Origin: an uncultured Chloroflexia bacterium | GTDB taxonomy: Bacteria; Chloroflexota; Limnocylindria; Limnocylindrales; CSP1-4 | Direction of reading: 5' to 3' | Assembly: GCA_963833535.1 (NCBI GenBank) | Contig: CAWHYC010000008.1 | Coordinates: 265,738 to 329,737 of the forward strand | Length of the DNA: 64,000 nt | In this document: one piece after another, positions 56,260 through 64,000 of the stretch | How positions within the stretch are numbered: the stretch's first letter is position 1 | How the letters are laid out: each line of letters begins with the position of its first letter | Program-made: the position numbers and the translations under genes | The notes under the pieces: model-generated | The model's database searches: none | The model's input: the letters and a program-made list of their open reading frames with translations, nothing else | Told to the model about the DNA's origin: nothing

Positions 56260-57144
56260 TCATGGCTCGAGCGTGCCGAGCCAGATCGCTGGGGCCGAGG
56301 CATCGCCTTCACCGGTCCTCGCCAGGACCACGACTGCATCGTCGCCGACGGCGACGTTCGTGTCGGGTCGGCCGCGCGAGGCAACGACCATCGAATCGGG
56401 CATCGCCTGCAGGCTCCACTCGGTCCCGTCGGGGGAGAACAGGATCGTCCGATCGCCGATGCCGACCGTCACCACGCCGAGCGGCCCAGCGCCGATCGCC
56501 TTCTCCGAGACGGTCCACGTGTCCGGCAATTCCGTCGTCATCGGTAGCGCAAGCTCACCCGTCGCGGTCCAGTGATCGAAGCGGCGGACACCATCGGTCT
56601 CGATCACGCCGTCCGCCCAGGCGACGATGGCGCCGTCGCCCGAGCCACCGAGACGGCGCCAGACAAGGCCGTCCGCGGAGTGCCAGATGCCGGTGCCCTG
56701 CCCGTCGCCGCCCCGTGCGATGAACCCGTCCGGGACGCCGACGATCTCGGAGACGTTGGCCGGGAAGTCCGGGATCGGGGTCCATGTCTCACCGTCACGG
56801 CTGTGGAACCCGAAGCCTCGATCCGCGACGTCCCCGGGCTCGAAACCCTCGTCGGCCCAGACGATCTTCGTGGAGCGGCCCTCGCTGGTCGTGATGCTGA
56901 GGACGCCGTTGCTGTAGTCGAACGTCTCGAGCTGGTCGGCCCAGCCAGAGCCGAGCTTCGTGGTGATCAACGCATCGAAGTCGAGGGTGGAGTGGGTCCT
57001 GGCGACGACGCCCGCCGGCCCGATGCCGACCGCGCCCAGCGCGCCTTCGGATGGCGGGTTCGTGAGGGCTGTCTCAAGGGTCTGCCCGAAGTCGGTGCCT
57101 CGCCAGGTCGAGATCCCGGAGTCACTCGCTAGCACGCGGAGCAT
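56260..57144 (-). CDS. Asp-box (BNR-like) repeat protein; possibly the frame-shifted C-terminal continuation of the upstream gene
   Basis: Repeats SRDGETW, SADGLVW and SPDGTEW. The credible part starts at the ATG 57142-57144 (MLRVLASDSGISTW) and has no signal peptide. It overlaps the end of the upstream gene, which carries a further SSDGRSW box. Confidence 0.6.
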   Translation of the reverse strand: MLRVLASDSGISTWRGTDFGQTLETALTNPPSEGALGAVGIGPAGVVARTHSTLDFDALITTKLGSGWADQLETFDYSNGVLSITTSEGRSTKIVWADEGFEPGDVADRGFGFHSRDGETWTPIPDFPANVSEIVGVPDGFIARGGDGQGTGIWHSADGLVWRRLGGSGDGAIVAWADGVIETDGVRRFDHWTATGELALPMTTELPDTWTVSEKAIGAGPLGVVTVGIGDRTILFSPDGTEWSLQAMPDSMVVASRGRPDTNVAVGDDAVVVLARTGEGDASAPAIWLGTLEP

Positions 57145-58648
57145 CGAGCGCTCGCTGCGGATCGTCCGCTGTGAGGAGGGCCCACGATCGTCCGTCGGAT
57201 GACGTGGCGACCGCTCCAGCGTTGTCGTCGGCGAGCACGAACCGGTCGCCGAGCCAGGCGATGCGCGTTTGGCTCCGCAGATCCGCCTGAGGAACGAACG
57301 CCTGCGCCAGATCCTCCGCCAGAGGAACGTTTGTCCATCGCACCACGGGTCCTTGGCCGGCGACGCGGGAGGCGACGACAGGTGTCGGCGTTGCGATGGC
57401 ACTCGGTGGCCGTGTGGTCGGCACGGAGGTCGAGATGGGGACCTCGCTCGAGGCTTCTGCGAAGACCGGTTGCCACGAGAAGTTCTCGGACGTGGGCCAT
57501 GTCCGGAAGCCACTGACGGCGACAAGATGCACGATCGTGATGGCCTCGCCGTCACCGGACGCGGGGATCGACCTGAGCTCGTACCCCAATTCGCCGAGAT
57601 CCAGGGCGCATAGGATCCGGCTGCCGTCGGGGGACATGATCGAGGCGAAGCCGCAGTCGGCGAGCTGATGAGGGTCCGATCCGTCCGAACGCGCGATGAC
57701 GCCTCCCGTGTAGATCACGTCGCCTGTGGGCGACCACGCTACCCGGCCCCACCCACCTGGGAGATCGACGATCCGTTCGTCACCTGACACCGAAACGATG
57801 CTCACCAAGCTGTCATCACGACTGATGGCGACATGGGAACCGTCTGGCGCCCAGCTCACGCTGCTTGCCGCGCCCGGATCAAGCCGCCGAGCTTGACGGC
57901 CGTCGACCGGTACGAGCCATGTTCCCGACGGTCGGGCGAGCGCTATCGAATCGCCCATCGGGGACCACGCGACGTCGTGGTCGGGTGGGAAGCCGGCCGA
58001 GTCGAGCCCCCAGACCTGGCCGCGGACGTCGGTCGAAGAGCCATCCAGCCACAGGATATCGAGCGCGGGTCCGTCGAGGAACGCGACGCCTTGGCTGTCC
58101 GGCGACCACGTCGGACACGGAGCGAACGTCCTGCCCGGGACGGGCAGCCGCTGTCGAGGGCCCACTATCGCACCCGCCCCATCGAGCGTGAGCACGACCA
58201 CCGCGCCGCCGGCCTCCCCGTAGGCCAGCTTCCGCCCATCAGGTGAGAATGTTGGGCAGATCCCGGGCAGGGCACCGACGCCGGGACCGGCGATCTGCCT
58301 GGGCTCGGTACCGTCGCGCACGAGAAAGATGTCGGTCGGCGCTCGTCGATACTCCCTCGCGTATGCGATCAAGCCATTGGTGGGCGTCCCTTGTGGATCC
58401 GCCTCTGCCGCGCGGCGCAGGCCGCCGACGCCGATGGCCGCGATTGCGGCGATGGCCAGCAGGGCGGCCGCAAGGACGAGCCACGTCGCCCGGCCGAAGG
58501 CTCGACCACTGGCGCGGGCCGTAGTCCCGGTCGCGATGGCACGACTCATAGCCTCGGCGTCGCGCACGCGCGAGACATCGTCGGCGCGAGCCTGGAGGAA
58601 ACGGCGGAGCTCGGCGTCGAGCTGCATGTCGTCAAGCTGGCGGGTCAT
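57122..58648 (-). CDS. Single-pass membrane protein with an extracytoplasmic TolB-like beta-propeller; anti-sigma factor by position
   Basis: ATGA overlap with the ECF sigma gene. TM segment ATWLVLAAALLAIAAIAAIGV. Repeated SPDG/WSP motifs (FSPDGRKLAY, WSPDSQGVAF, WAPDGSHVAI, MSPDGSRIL). Confidence 0.7.
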   Translation of the reverse strand: MTRQLDDMQLDAELRRFLQARADDVSRVRDAEAMSRAIATGTTARASGRAFGRATWLVLAAALLAIAAIAAIGVGGLRRAAEADPQGTPTNGLIAYAREYRRAPTDIFLVRDGTEPRQIAGPGVGALPGICPTFSPDGRKLAYGEAGGAVVVLTLDGAGAIVGPRQRLPVPGRTFAPCPTWSPDSQGVAFLDGPALDILWLDGSSTDVRGQVWGLDSAGFPPDHDVAWSPMGDSIALARPSGTWLVPVDGRQARRLDPGAASSVSWAPDGSHVAISRDDSLVSIVSVSGDERIVDLPGGWGRVAWSPTGDVIYTGGVIARSDGSDPHQLADCGFASIMSPDGSRILCALDLGELGYELRSIPASGDGEAITIVHLVAVSGFRTWPTSENFSWQPVFAEASSEVPISTSVPTTRPPSAIATPTPVVASRVAGQGPVVRWTNVPLAEDLAQAFVPQADLRSQTRIAWLGDRFVLADDNAGAVATSSDGRSWALLTADDPQRALDAPRASE

Positions 58649-59235
58649 GGTTGCCCCTCCTCGAGGGCGTGCCGGAGGTGTTCGCGTGCGACCCGCAGCC
58701 GCGAGCGAACCGTCTCGACGGGGGCGCCGACGATCTCGGCGGTCTCGGCGACCGAATACCCGTAGTGCAGATGGAGCGCGATGGCAGCGCGTTGCTCGGC
58801 CGGCAGCGCCTCATAGGCGACGCGCAGGTCGGCTCGCTCGGGTGTCACGGCTGCCCGGGCATCGACCACTCCGATGGAGATCTCCCGTGGGCCGCCGAAG
58901 AAGCGGCTCAGCGGCGACCGACGTCGGCGGTCGAGCCGGATCGCCTCGCGCACGACGATCCGGTCGAGCCATGAGCGCAGCGCATCGGCGTCGCGGAGGC
59001 TCCTGCGTCGCCGCCAGGCCTGCTCGAGCCCGGATTGCACGGCGTCCCCGGCCTCGCTGGCGTCGAGGCACACGAGGCGCGCCAGCCGCACCAGGCGATC
59101 GTGGTGCTCGCGCACGAAGACGTCGAGCGTGGCCGCATCGAGTGCGGCACCCGTCTCGATCATCCCGTCGCGTCGAGCGTCTGAGGTCACGATCTCCCCC
59201 GCCTGGTGGCTGGACTGCACCATAGAACGAAGCAC
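58645..59235 (-). CDS. ECF-type sigma-70 family RNA polymerase sigma factor
   Basis: Region 2 is FVREHHDRLVRLARLV...DAVQSGLEQAWRR. Region 4 is YSVAETAEIVGAPVETVRSRLRVAREHL. An alternative start is the ATG at 59161-59163. Confidence 0.85.
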   Translation of the reverse strand: MLRSMVQSSHQAGEIVTSDARRDGMIETGAALDAATLDVFVREHHDRLVRLARLVCLDASEAGDAVQSGLEQAWRRRRSLRDADALRSWLDRIVVREAIRLDRRRRSPLSRFFGGPREISIGVVDARAAVTPERADLRVAYEALPAEQRAAIALHLHYGYSVAETAEIVGAPVETVRSRLRVAREHLRHALEEGQP

Positions 59236-59364
59236 AAGCCGCTTTGGGTCAGTCCTGGTTCCGATTCGGCGTGCTGAATCATCAAGGCCCCGGACCGTTG
59301 CCGGTCGAGGACCCTGATGAAGGAGGAGGAGGAGCGGGTTCGGCCCCCAAGGGCTGAGGGCTGG

Positions 59365-59724
59365 TCAGTCGGCCGTGGCGGCCTCGGGCGCCGGTGCGTT
59401 GAGCAGCTCGGTCAGGCCGAAGGCCGATTCGAAGCTCTCCATGGGCCGGAAACCGGCCACGCCCTGCGGCTGGGCACCGGGCTTGAAGTAGGCGATGGTC
59501 GGGATGGAAAGGATGTTGAACGCCTGCGAGAGGCCCGGGTTGGCGTCGACGTCGACCTTGACGACGTCGAGCCGGCCTTCGTACTTCTCGGCCAGCTTCT
59601 CGAGCTCCGGCGCGACGAGCTTGCAGGGACCGCACCAGGCTGCCCAGAAGTCGACGACGACCGGCTTGTCACTCTCGATGACGACCTGCTGGAACGTCTC
59701 GTCGGTGGCGACTTTGATGGACAT
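59365..59724 (-). CDS. trxA: Thioredoxin
   Basis: VVVDFWAAWCGPCK active site. 119 aa from the ATG at 59722-59724, with AAGGGA upstream. Confidence 0.92.
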   Translation of the reverse strand: MSIKVATDETFQQVVIESDKPVVVDFWAAWCGPCKLVAPELEKLAEKYEGRLDVVKVDVDANPGLSQAFNILSIPTIAYFKPGAQPQGVAGFRPMESFESAFGLTELLNAPAPEAATAD

Positions 59725-59746
59725 GGGATCCCTTTCTTGCGGCCCG

Positions 59747-60040
59747 TCAGCCGGCGATCGAACGGATGAGCGTGTAAGCCTCGAGGACTCGCGGATCCGC
59801 GAGGCGGTAATAGACGGTCGTGCCGTCACGTCGGGATGCCACCAACCCGGCACTGCGCAGCACCGAGAGGTGCTGGCTCATGTTCGGGACCTGGCAACCG
59901 ACGTCACGCGAGAGCTCGCTGACCGAGCGTTCCCCAGAAGCGAGCGTCTCGAGGACGCATAACCGTTTGGGGTCGGCCAGCGCTCGACCGACTGCGGCGA
60001 ACCGCTCGCGCTCGAGCTCGCTGGAGATGACGGCGGGCAT
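59747..60040 (-). CDS. ArsR/SmtB-family transcriptional regulator
   Basis: LADPKRLCVLETLASGERSVSELSRDVGCQVPNMSQHLSVLRSAGLV. Start at the ATG 60038-60040. Confidence 0.85.
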   Translation of the reverse strand: MPAVISSELERERFAAVGRALADPKRLCVLETLASGERSVSELSRDVGCQVPNMSQHLSVLRSAGLVASRRDGTTVYYRLADPRVLEAYTLIRSIAG

Positions 60041-60044
60041 CACA

Positions 60045-60085
60045 TCGATGATGATGTCATAAGTTGCGCAAATACGCAAGTACGA
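60045..60085 (-). promoter_or_regulatory. AT-rich promoter/operator region upstream of arsR-trxA
   Basis: Two small palindromes sit in a locally AT-rich patch: ATGA-TG-TCAT (60051-60060) and TTGCG-N6-CGCAA (60064-60079). Confidence 0.35.
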
Positions 60086-60304
60086 GATCGAGGGGCCGTG
60101 GTCATGGTGATCGACGTCCAGGCGTGGACCGCGCGCCAACGGTTCCGGGATGGTGACGGACGGCCCAGCGCCGCGGGCAACGTCGCACGCCGGCGACGAT
60201 GTCGGGGAGGAGTCCGCGGCACCTGTCTTGCCGGCGCCCGGACCGCCCGTCGATGCGCAGCCTCGGCGCTTCGACGGACGCCGTCGAGCGGTACCTTTCG
60301 GCGC

Positions 60305-60760
60305 TCAGTCGAGGCCGAAATCATGGAGCGTTCGGTCACCGAACCCGACGTGGTGCGCCAGCTCATGGCGGACGGTGATGCGGATCTCCTCCTCGAGCTC
60401 CCGGCGGTCGGGAAAGTCTGCCTCCAGCGGTCCACGGAAGATGGTGATCTTGTTGGGGTAGGGGACGGAGTCGGCTCCGTATTCCGTGATCGGGGTCCCT
60501 TCGTAGAGGCCGTAGAGCGTCTCGTCGGGCTCCAGCTCCTCCTCCAGCCGCTGTCGTGGCGACGGCTCCTGCTCGATGACGATGGCGACGGTCTCGAGCA
60601 GCCGCTGCACATCGGCCGGCAATGAGTCGAGCGCGCGCGCGACGCTCGCCTCGAAGGCATCGGCGAGCGATGCCCGGCGTTCGGGGCTGCGTCTGGCCTG
60701 ACTTCCGCGACGACGGACCGGCACGGCACCCGCTCTGCAGCAGCTTCGACCGGCGGCCAT
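60305..60760 (-). CDS. Zincin-like metallopeptidase family protein
   Basis: The HELAHH zinc motif lies near the C-terminus (ITVRHELAHHVGFGD). Small size typical of the Zincin_1-type family. The start is uncertain. Confidence 0.7.
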   Translation of the reverse strand: MAAGRSCCRAGAVPVRRRGSQARRSPERRASLADAFEASVARALDSLPADVQRLLETVAIVIEQEPSPRQRLEEELEPDETLYGLYEGTPITEYGADSVPYPNKITIFRGPLEADFPDRRELEEEIRITVRHELAHHVGFGDRTLHDFGLD

Positions 60761-60790
60761 GAGGCACCCGGTCGGCGCCGACCTATCCTA

Positions 60791-60830
60791 GACGCGATGA
60801 TCTCGACCGAGACGCGATGATCCCGACCGA
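60791..60830 (+). repeat. Tandem 20-bp duplication spanning the start codon of the downstream hydrolase gene
   Basis: GACGCGATGATCTCGACCGA (60791-60810) is followed by GACGCGATGATCCCGACCGA (60811-60830), with one mismatch. Confidence 0.9.
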
Positions 60831-61776
60831 GGCGGACGCGCCCGCGCCGCGCGTCGCCATGTCGACCGAGCCTGCCTCGGTCATGGTGACCATGGACACG
60901 GGCGTCCGCATCCACGTCCTCGACTGGGCCGATGCCGGCTCGTCGGAGGCGCCCGCCCTGGTCCTCGTCCATGGATTGCTGGCGACGGCCTGGATCTGGA
61001 GCCCGGTCGTGCGGCGCGTCGCAGGACGCGCGCGCGTGCTGGCTCCGGATCTGCGGGGACACGGGCTCTCCGAGTCGCCGCGCGAGGGCTATGACCTCGA
61101 CTCGCTGGCCTTCGATCTGCTGACCGTGCTCACCGCCCACGGCCTGGGCCCGGACGTCGGCGGCCGGCCGGTCGTCCTTGCCGGCCACGGCTTCGGAGCG
61201 CAGGTCGCGGCCTGGGCGGCCCACCTCCAGCCGGCCGCGGTCTCCGGGCTGATCCTCGTCGACGGCGGGTGGGAAGAGCTCGAGGCGGCGCTGCGCATGG
61301 GCCCTGCCGAGTTCCAGCGCGGCCTCGACGAGCCGCCCGAGGTGCTGGCCTCGATGGACGCCTTCCTGGCCGACCGCCGGGACTGGGACCCCGGCAGCTG
61401 GGACGCCGACCAGGAGCGGGCCGCCCGTTCAGCCGTCGATGAGAAATACGCCGGTCGGGTCGCACCGGTGGTTCGCCGCCATGCCCTGAGCGGGTGCGTC
61501 GAGGCGATGTTCGCCTACGACCCGGTGGCCGCCCTGGGCGACCTCGGCCGGCCGCTGACGATCCTCGTCGCGGAGCCCGGCGGTGCGGACGACGATGACG
61601 TCCGCGAGCGGCGCGTGGCGCTCGAGGAGATGCTGGCGGTTCGGCGACGGGCGGCCACGCCTCCGGATCGCGTGGTCCCCTTGGCTGGTTCGGCGCACAA
61701 TCTGATGCGCTACCGACCGGATGAGGTCAGCGCCAGCATCCTTGGCGTCCTCGCCGCCCCACTGGAGGCCCGATGA
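60817..61776 (+). CDS. Alpha/beta-hydrolase-fold protein with Gly at the nucleophile position
   Basis: LVLVHGLLATAWIW...DLRGHG...VVLAGHGFGAQVAAW. The elbow G-H-G-F-G lies at 61183-61197. Confidence 0.8.
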   Translation: MIPTEADAPAPRVAMSTEPASVMVTMDTGVRIHVLDWADAGSSEAPALVLVHGLLATAWIWSPVVRRVAGRARVLAPDLRGHGLSESPREGYDLDSLAFDLLTVLTAHGLGPDVGGRPVVLAGHGFGAQVAAWAAHLQPAAVSGLILVDGGWEELEAALRMGPAEFQRGLDEPPEVLASMDAFLADRRDWDPGSWDADQERAARSAVDEKYAGRVAPVVRRHALSGCVEAMFAYDPVAALGDLGRPLTILVAEPGGADDDDVRERRVALEEMLAVRRRAATPPDRVVPLAGSAHNLMRYRPDEVSASILGVLAAPLEAR

Positions 61777-62600
61777 GCTTCTCGCCCGATCAGACCGGCA
61801 AGATCCTGGTCCCTGGCGCGACGATCTTCTATGAATCGACCGGACGCGGCCTGGGGCTCGTGCTCGTCCATGCCGGGATCTGCGATCAGTCGATGTGGGA
61901 CGACAACGTGCCCAGCTTCGCCGGCGGTCACCAGGTCATCACCTATGACTGTCGTGGCTTCGGAGCCACTCGATCGACCGATGTCGCCTTCTCGAACCGA
62001 GCCGACCTGATCGCCGTGCTCGATGAAGTCGGGTTGGATCGGGCGGCGCTCCTGGGTTGCTCGAGAGCTGGTTCGATCGTCCTCGACACGACCCTCGAGT
62101 ACCCCGATCGCGTCTCGGCGCTCATCTGGGTCAACGGTGGACTGGGCGGTTTCGAGCACGAGCCGACGCCCGGGGAACTGGCCATGTTCGAGTCGGCCGA
62201 GGCCTTCGAAGAGGCCAGGGACTGGACGTCGCTGGCGGACATGGATGTGCGCATCTGGGTGGACGGGATCGGCCAGTCGCCGACCCGCGTGTCGGCGCAG
62301 CTCCGCGAGCGTGTCCGTGCCATGAGCCTCGCCAACTACGTGGCCGAGCAACCCTCCGGCCAGCCCATCGTCCTCGACCCACCGGCCGCCGGTCGTCTGG
62401 CCGAGGTCGCCGTGCCGACGTTGATCATCGAGGGCGATCTCGATCCGTCCGAGACCCATGCCGCAGCGGACGCCCTGGCCGCCGGCATCGCCGGCGCGCG
62501 GCGGGTGGTCATGAAGGGCGTCGCCCACCTGCCCAACCTGGAGCGACCGGACGACTTCAGCCGACACGTGCGGGACTTCCTGGCCGCTGCCAAGGTCTAG
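61773..62600 (+). CDS. Alpha/beta hydrolase
   Basis: ATGA overlap with the previous gene. LVLVHAGICDQSMW, nucleophile elbow LLGCSRAGS, C-terminal GVAHLPNLERP. Confidence 0.85.
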   Translation: MSFSPDQTGKILVPGATIFYESTGRGLGLVLVHAGICDQSMWDDNVPSFAGGHQVITYDCRGFGATRSTDVAFSNRADLIAVLDEVGLDRAALLGCSRAGSIVLDTTLEYPDRVSALIWVNGGLGGFEHEPTPGELAMFESAEAFEEARDWTSLADMDVRIWVDGIGQSPTRVSAQLRERVRAMSLANYVAEQPSGQPIVLDPPAAGRLAEVAVPTLIIEGDLDPSETHAAADALAAGIAGARRVVMKGVAHLPNLERPDDFSRHVRDFLAAAKV

Positions 62601-62610
62601 GCGTCAGACG

Positions 62611-64000
62611 ATGACCGTGGCGCGCGACACGGCCATGCCGAGATCCCGTCCGTCGGCGCGCCCGATCCTCGTCATCGGGCTCGACGGCGCGGAGCCATCG
62701 CTCGTCTTCGATCGCTGGCGGGCCGAGCTGCCGACCCTCGATCGCCTCATGAGCGGCGGCGCCTGGGCGCGGCTCGAGAGCACCATCCCGGCTATCACCG
62801 TGCCTGCCTGGGCCTCGATGATGAGCGGCCTGGATCCCGGCCAGCTCGGCTTCTACGGCTTCCGCAATCGGATCGACCGCTCCTACGACAACCTGGCCAT
62901 CGCCGATGCCCGCTCCGTCACCCGGCCGCGGGTCTGGGATCACCTCAGCGCCGCAGGGGGCACGGTCGGGCTGGTCAGCGTCCCACAGACGTACCCCATC
63001 AAGCCCCTCAACGGCGACGTCGTGAGCTGCTTCCTGACCCCCAGCGCCGCCAGCGAGTACGCCCACCCGGCATCGCTCAAGGCGGAGATCGAGGGCTGGA
63101 TCGAGGGCGACTACCTGGTCGACGTGCCGGACTTCCGATCGGAGGACAAGGCCCGCATCCTGCGCGACATCTACCGCATGTCGGAGCAGCACTACGAGGT
63201 CTGCCGTCGGCTCCTGACCCGCCGCCGATACGACTACTTCATGACCGTCGATATGGGCATCGACCGCATCCAGCACGCGTTCTGGAAGTTCATGGACCCA
63301 CGCCACCCCAAGCATCCGCCGGGCAACCCGTATGAGCAGGCCATCCACGACTACTACGTCCATGCCGACGCCCGCCTCGCTGAGCTGCTCGAGCTGGTGC
63401 CCGACGAGACGGTCGTCCTGGTCGTCTCCGACCACGGCGCGCAGGCGATGCTGGGTGGCATCTGTGTCAACGAGTGGCTGCTCCAGGAGGGCTACCTGGC
63501 GCTCGACGACTATCCCGACCAGCGATCCTCGCTCGAAGCCGCTGGCGTGACCTGGCCGGCGACCCGGGCCTGGGGTGAGGGCGGCTATTACGGGCGCATC
63601 TCGCTCAACGTGGCCGGGCGTGAGCCCATGGGCACGGTCGACGATGACGCCTACGAGGCCGAGCTGCTGGCCCTGACGGCCGGGCTGCTGGGTATCCCCG
63701 ACGAGGCGGGCCGACCGCTCGATTCGACCATCTACCGACCCGACGCCATCTATCGCGAGGTGCGCAACGTGCCGCCCGATCTGCTCGTCTACTTCGGCCC
63801 GCTTGCCTGGCGCTCGGTCGGCAGCGTCGGGCTGCAGACGGTCTGGACGTTCGAGAACGACCTGGCGCCCGACGACGCCAACCATTCGCGCTTCGGCATC
63901 TTCATCGTCCACGACCCGCTCAAGCCAGCCGGCGGGCAGCGTCTGGCCGACCAGAGCATCTACGACGTGGCCCCGACCCTCCTCGGCTGGCTCGGGCTAC
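62611..64000 (+). CDS. Alkaline-phosphatase-superfamily protein (type I phosphodiesterase / nucleotide pyrophosphatase family), 3' end beyond the window
   Basis: It is not in the ORF track because it is open-ended. The ATG at 62611 gives MTVARDT..RPILVIGLDGAEPSLV...IPAITVPAWASMMSG...VVLVVSDHGAQ. The frame stays open to the window edge. Confidence 0.8.
   Translation, partial: MTVARDTAMPRSRPSARPILVIGLDGAEPSLVFDRWRAELPTLDRLMSGGAWARLESTIPAITVPAWASMMSGLDPGQLGFYGFRNRIDRSYDNLAIADARSVTRPRVWDHLSAAGGTVGLVSVPQTYPIKPLNGDVVSCFLTPSAASEYAHPASLKAEIEGWIEGDYLVDVPDFRSEDKARILRDIYRMSEQHYEVCRRLLTRRRYDYFMTVDMGIDRIQHAFWKFMDPRHPKHPPGNPYEQAIHDYYVHADARLAELLELVPDETVVLVVSDHGAQAMLGGICVNEWLLQEGYLALDDYPDQRSSLEAAGVTWPATRAWGEGGYYGRISLNVAGREPMGTVDDDAYEAELLALTAGLLGIPDEAGRPLDSTIYRPDAIYREVRNVPPDLLVYFGPLAWRSVGSVGLQTVWTFENDLAPDDANHSRFGIFIVHDPLKPAGGQRLADQSIYDVAPTLLGWLGL

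Noticed and set aside
62557-63912. A 451-aa minus-strand ORF at the right end of the window.
   Set aside because: The plus strand encodes a well-formed phosphodiesterase/alkaline-phosphatase-family protein that is open to the window edge. That protein is missing from the ORF track only because it has no stop. The minus ORF has antisense-type composition.

Overview
This is a very GC-rich bacterial chromosomal segment. GC content was judged by eye and not computed. Gene content and promoter style look Actinomycetota-like, or possibly Chloroflexota-like. I can support about 60 protein genes, two tRNAs (Glu-CUC and Arg-UCU) and one candidate RNase P-like RNA.

Gene content, left to right:
- 1-10705, minus strand: a tightly coupled operon joining a large secreted/membrane protein, an ABC-2 exporter, a Gly-Gln-repeat membrane protein, a MoxR AAA+ ATPase, DUF58 and at least two BatA/VWA proteins.
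- DUF1015, an alpha/beta-fold protein, tRNA-Glu, and a DUF1611 plus enolase-superfamily epimerase pair.
- An intergenic triple DnaA-box-like repeat, then an orphan SPPY DNA methyltransferase.
- tRNA-Arg, then the amtB-gltB nitrogen block.
- A GAF histidine kinase with an OmpR-type regulator, lying divergent from ppc.
- A class III aminotransferase, an acyl-CoA dehydrogenase and a GMC oxidoreductase.
- Two class III nucleotidyl cyclase genes, one of them broken by frameshifts.
- A cupredoxin lipoprotein.
- A DNA-repair neighbourhood: LigD-type polymerase domain, a YcaQ/AlkZ-like protein coupled to an ATP-dependent ligase.
- A J-domain protein and a frameshifted methylmalonyl-CoA mutase catalytic subunit.
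- An ECF sigma, anti-sigma, Asp-box protein and lipoprotein operon.
- ArsR-thioredoxin, two more alpha/beta hydrolases, and a phosphodiesterase/alkaline-phosphatase-family gene that runs off the right edge and is absent from the ORF track.

No CRISPR array, rRNA, transposase or integrase was recognised.

Most notable observations:
- The composite MoxR/VWA/ABC-2/GQ-repeat operon.
- The DnaA-box-like array.
- Recurrent TANNNT boxes 6-8 nt upstream of start codons, implying leaderless mRNAs.
- An RNase P-like RNA whose conserved 5' motifs are atypical.
- Reading-frame breaks concentrated in a few genes, while multi-kb genes elsewhere are intact.
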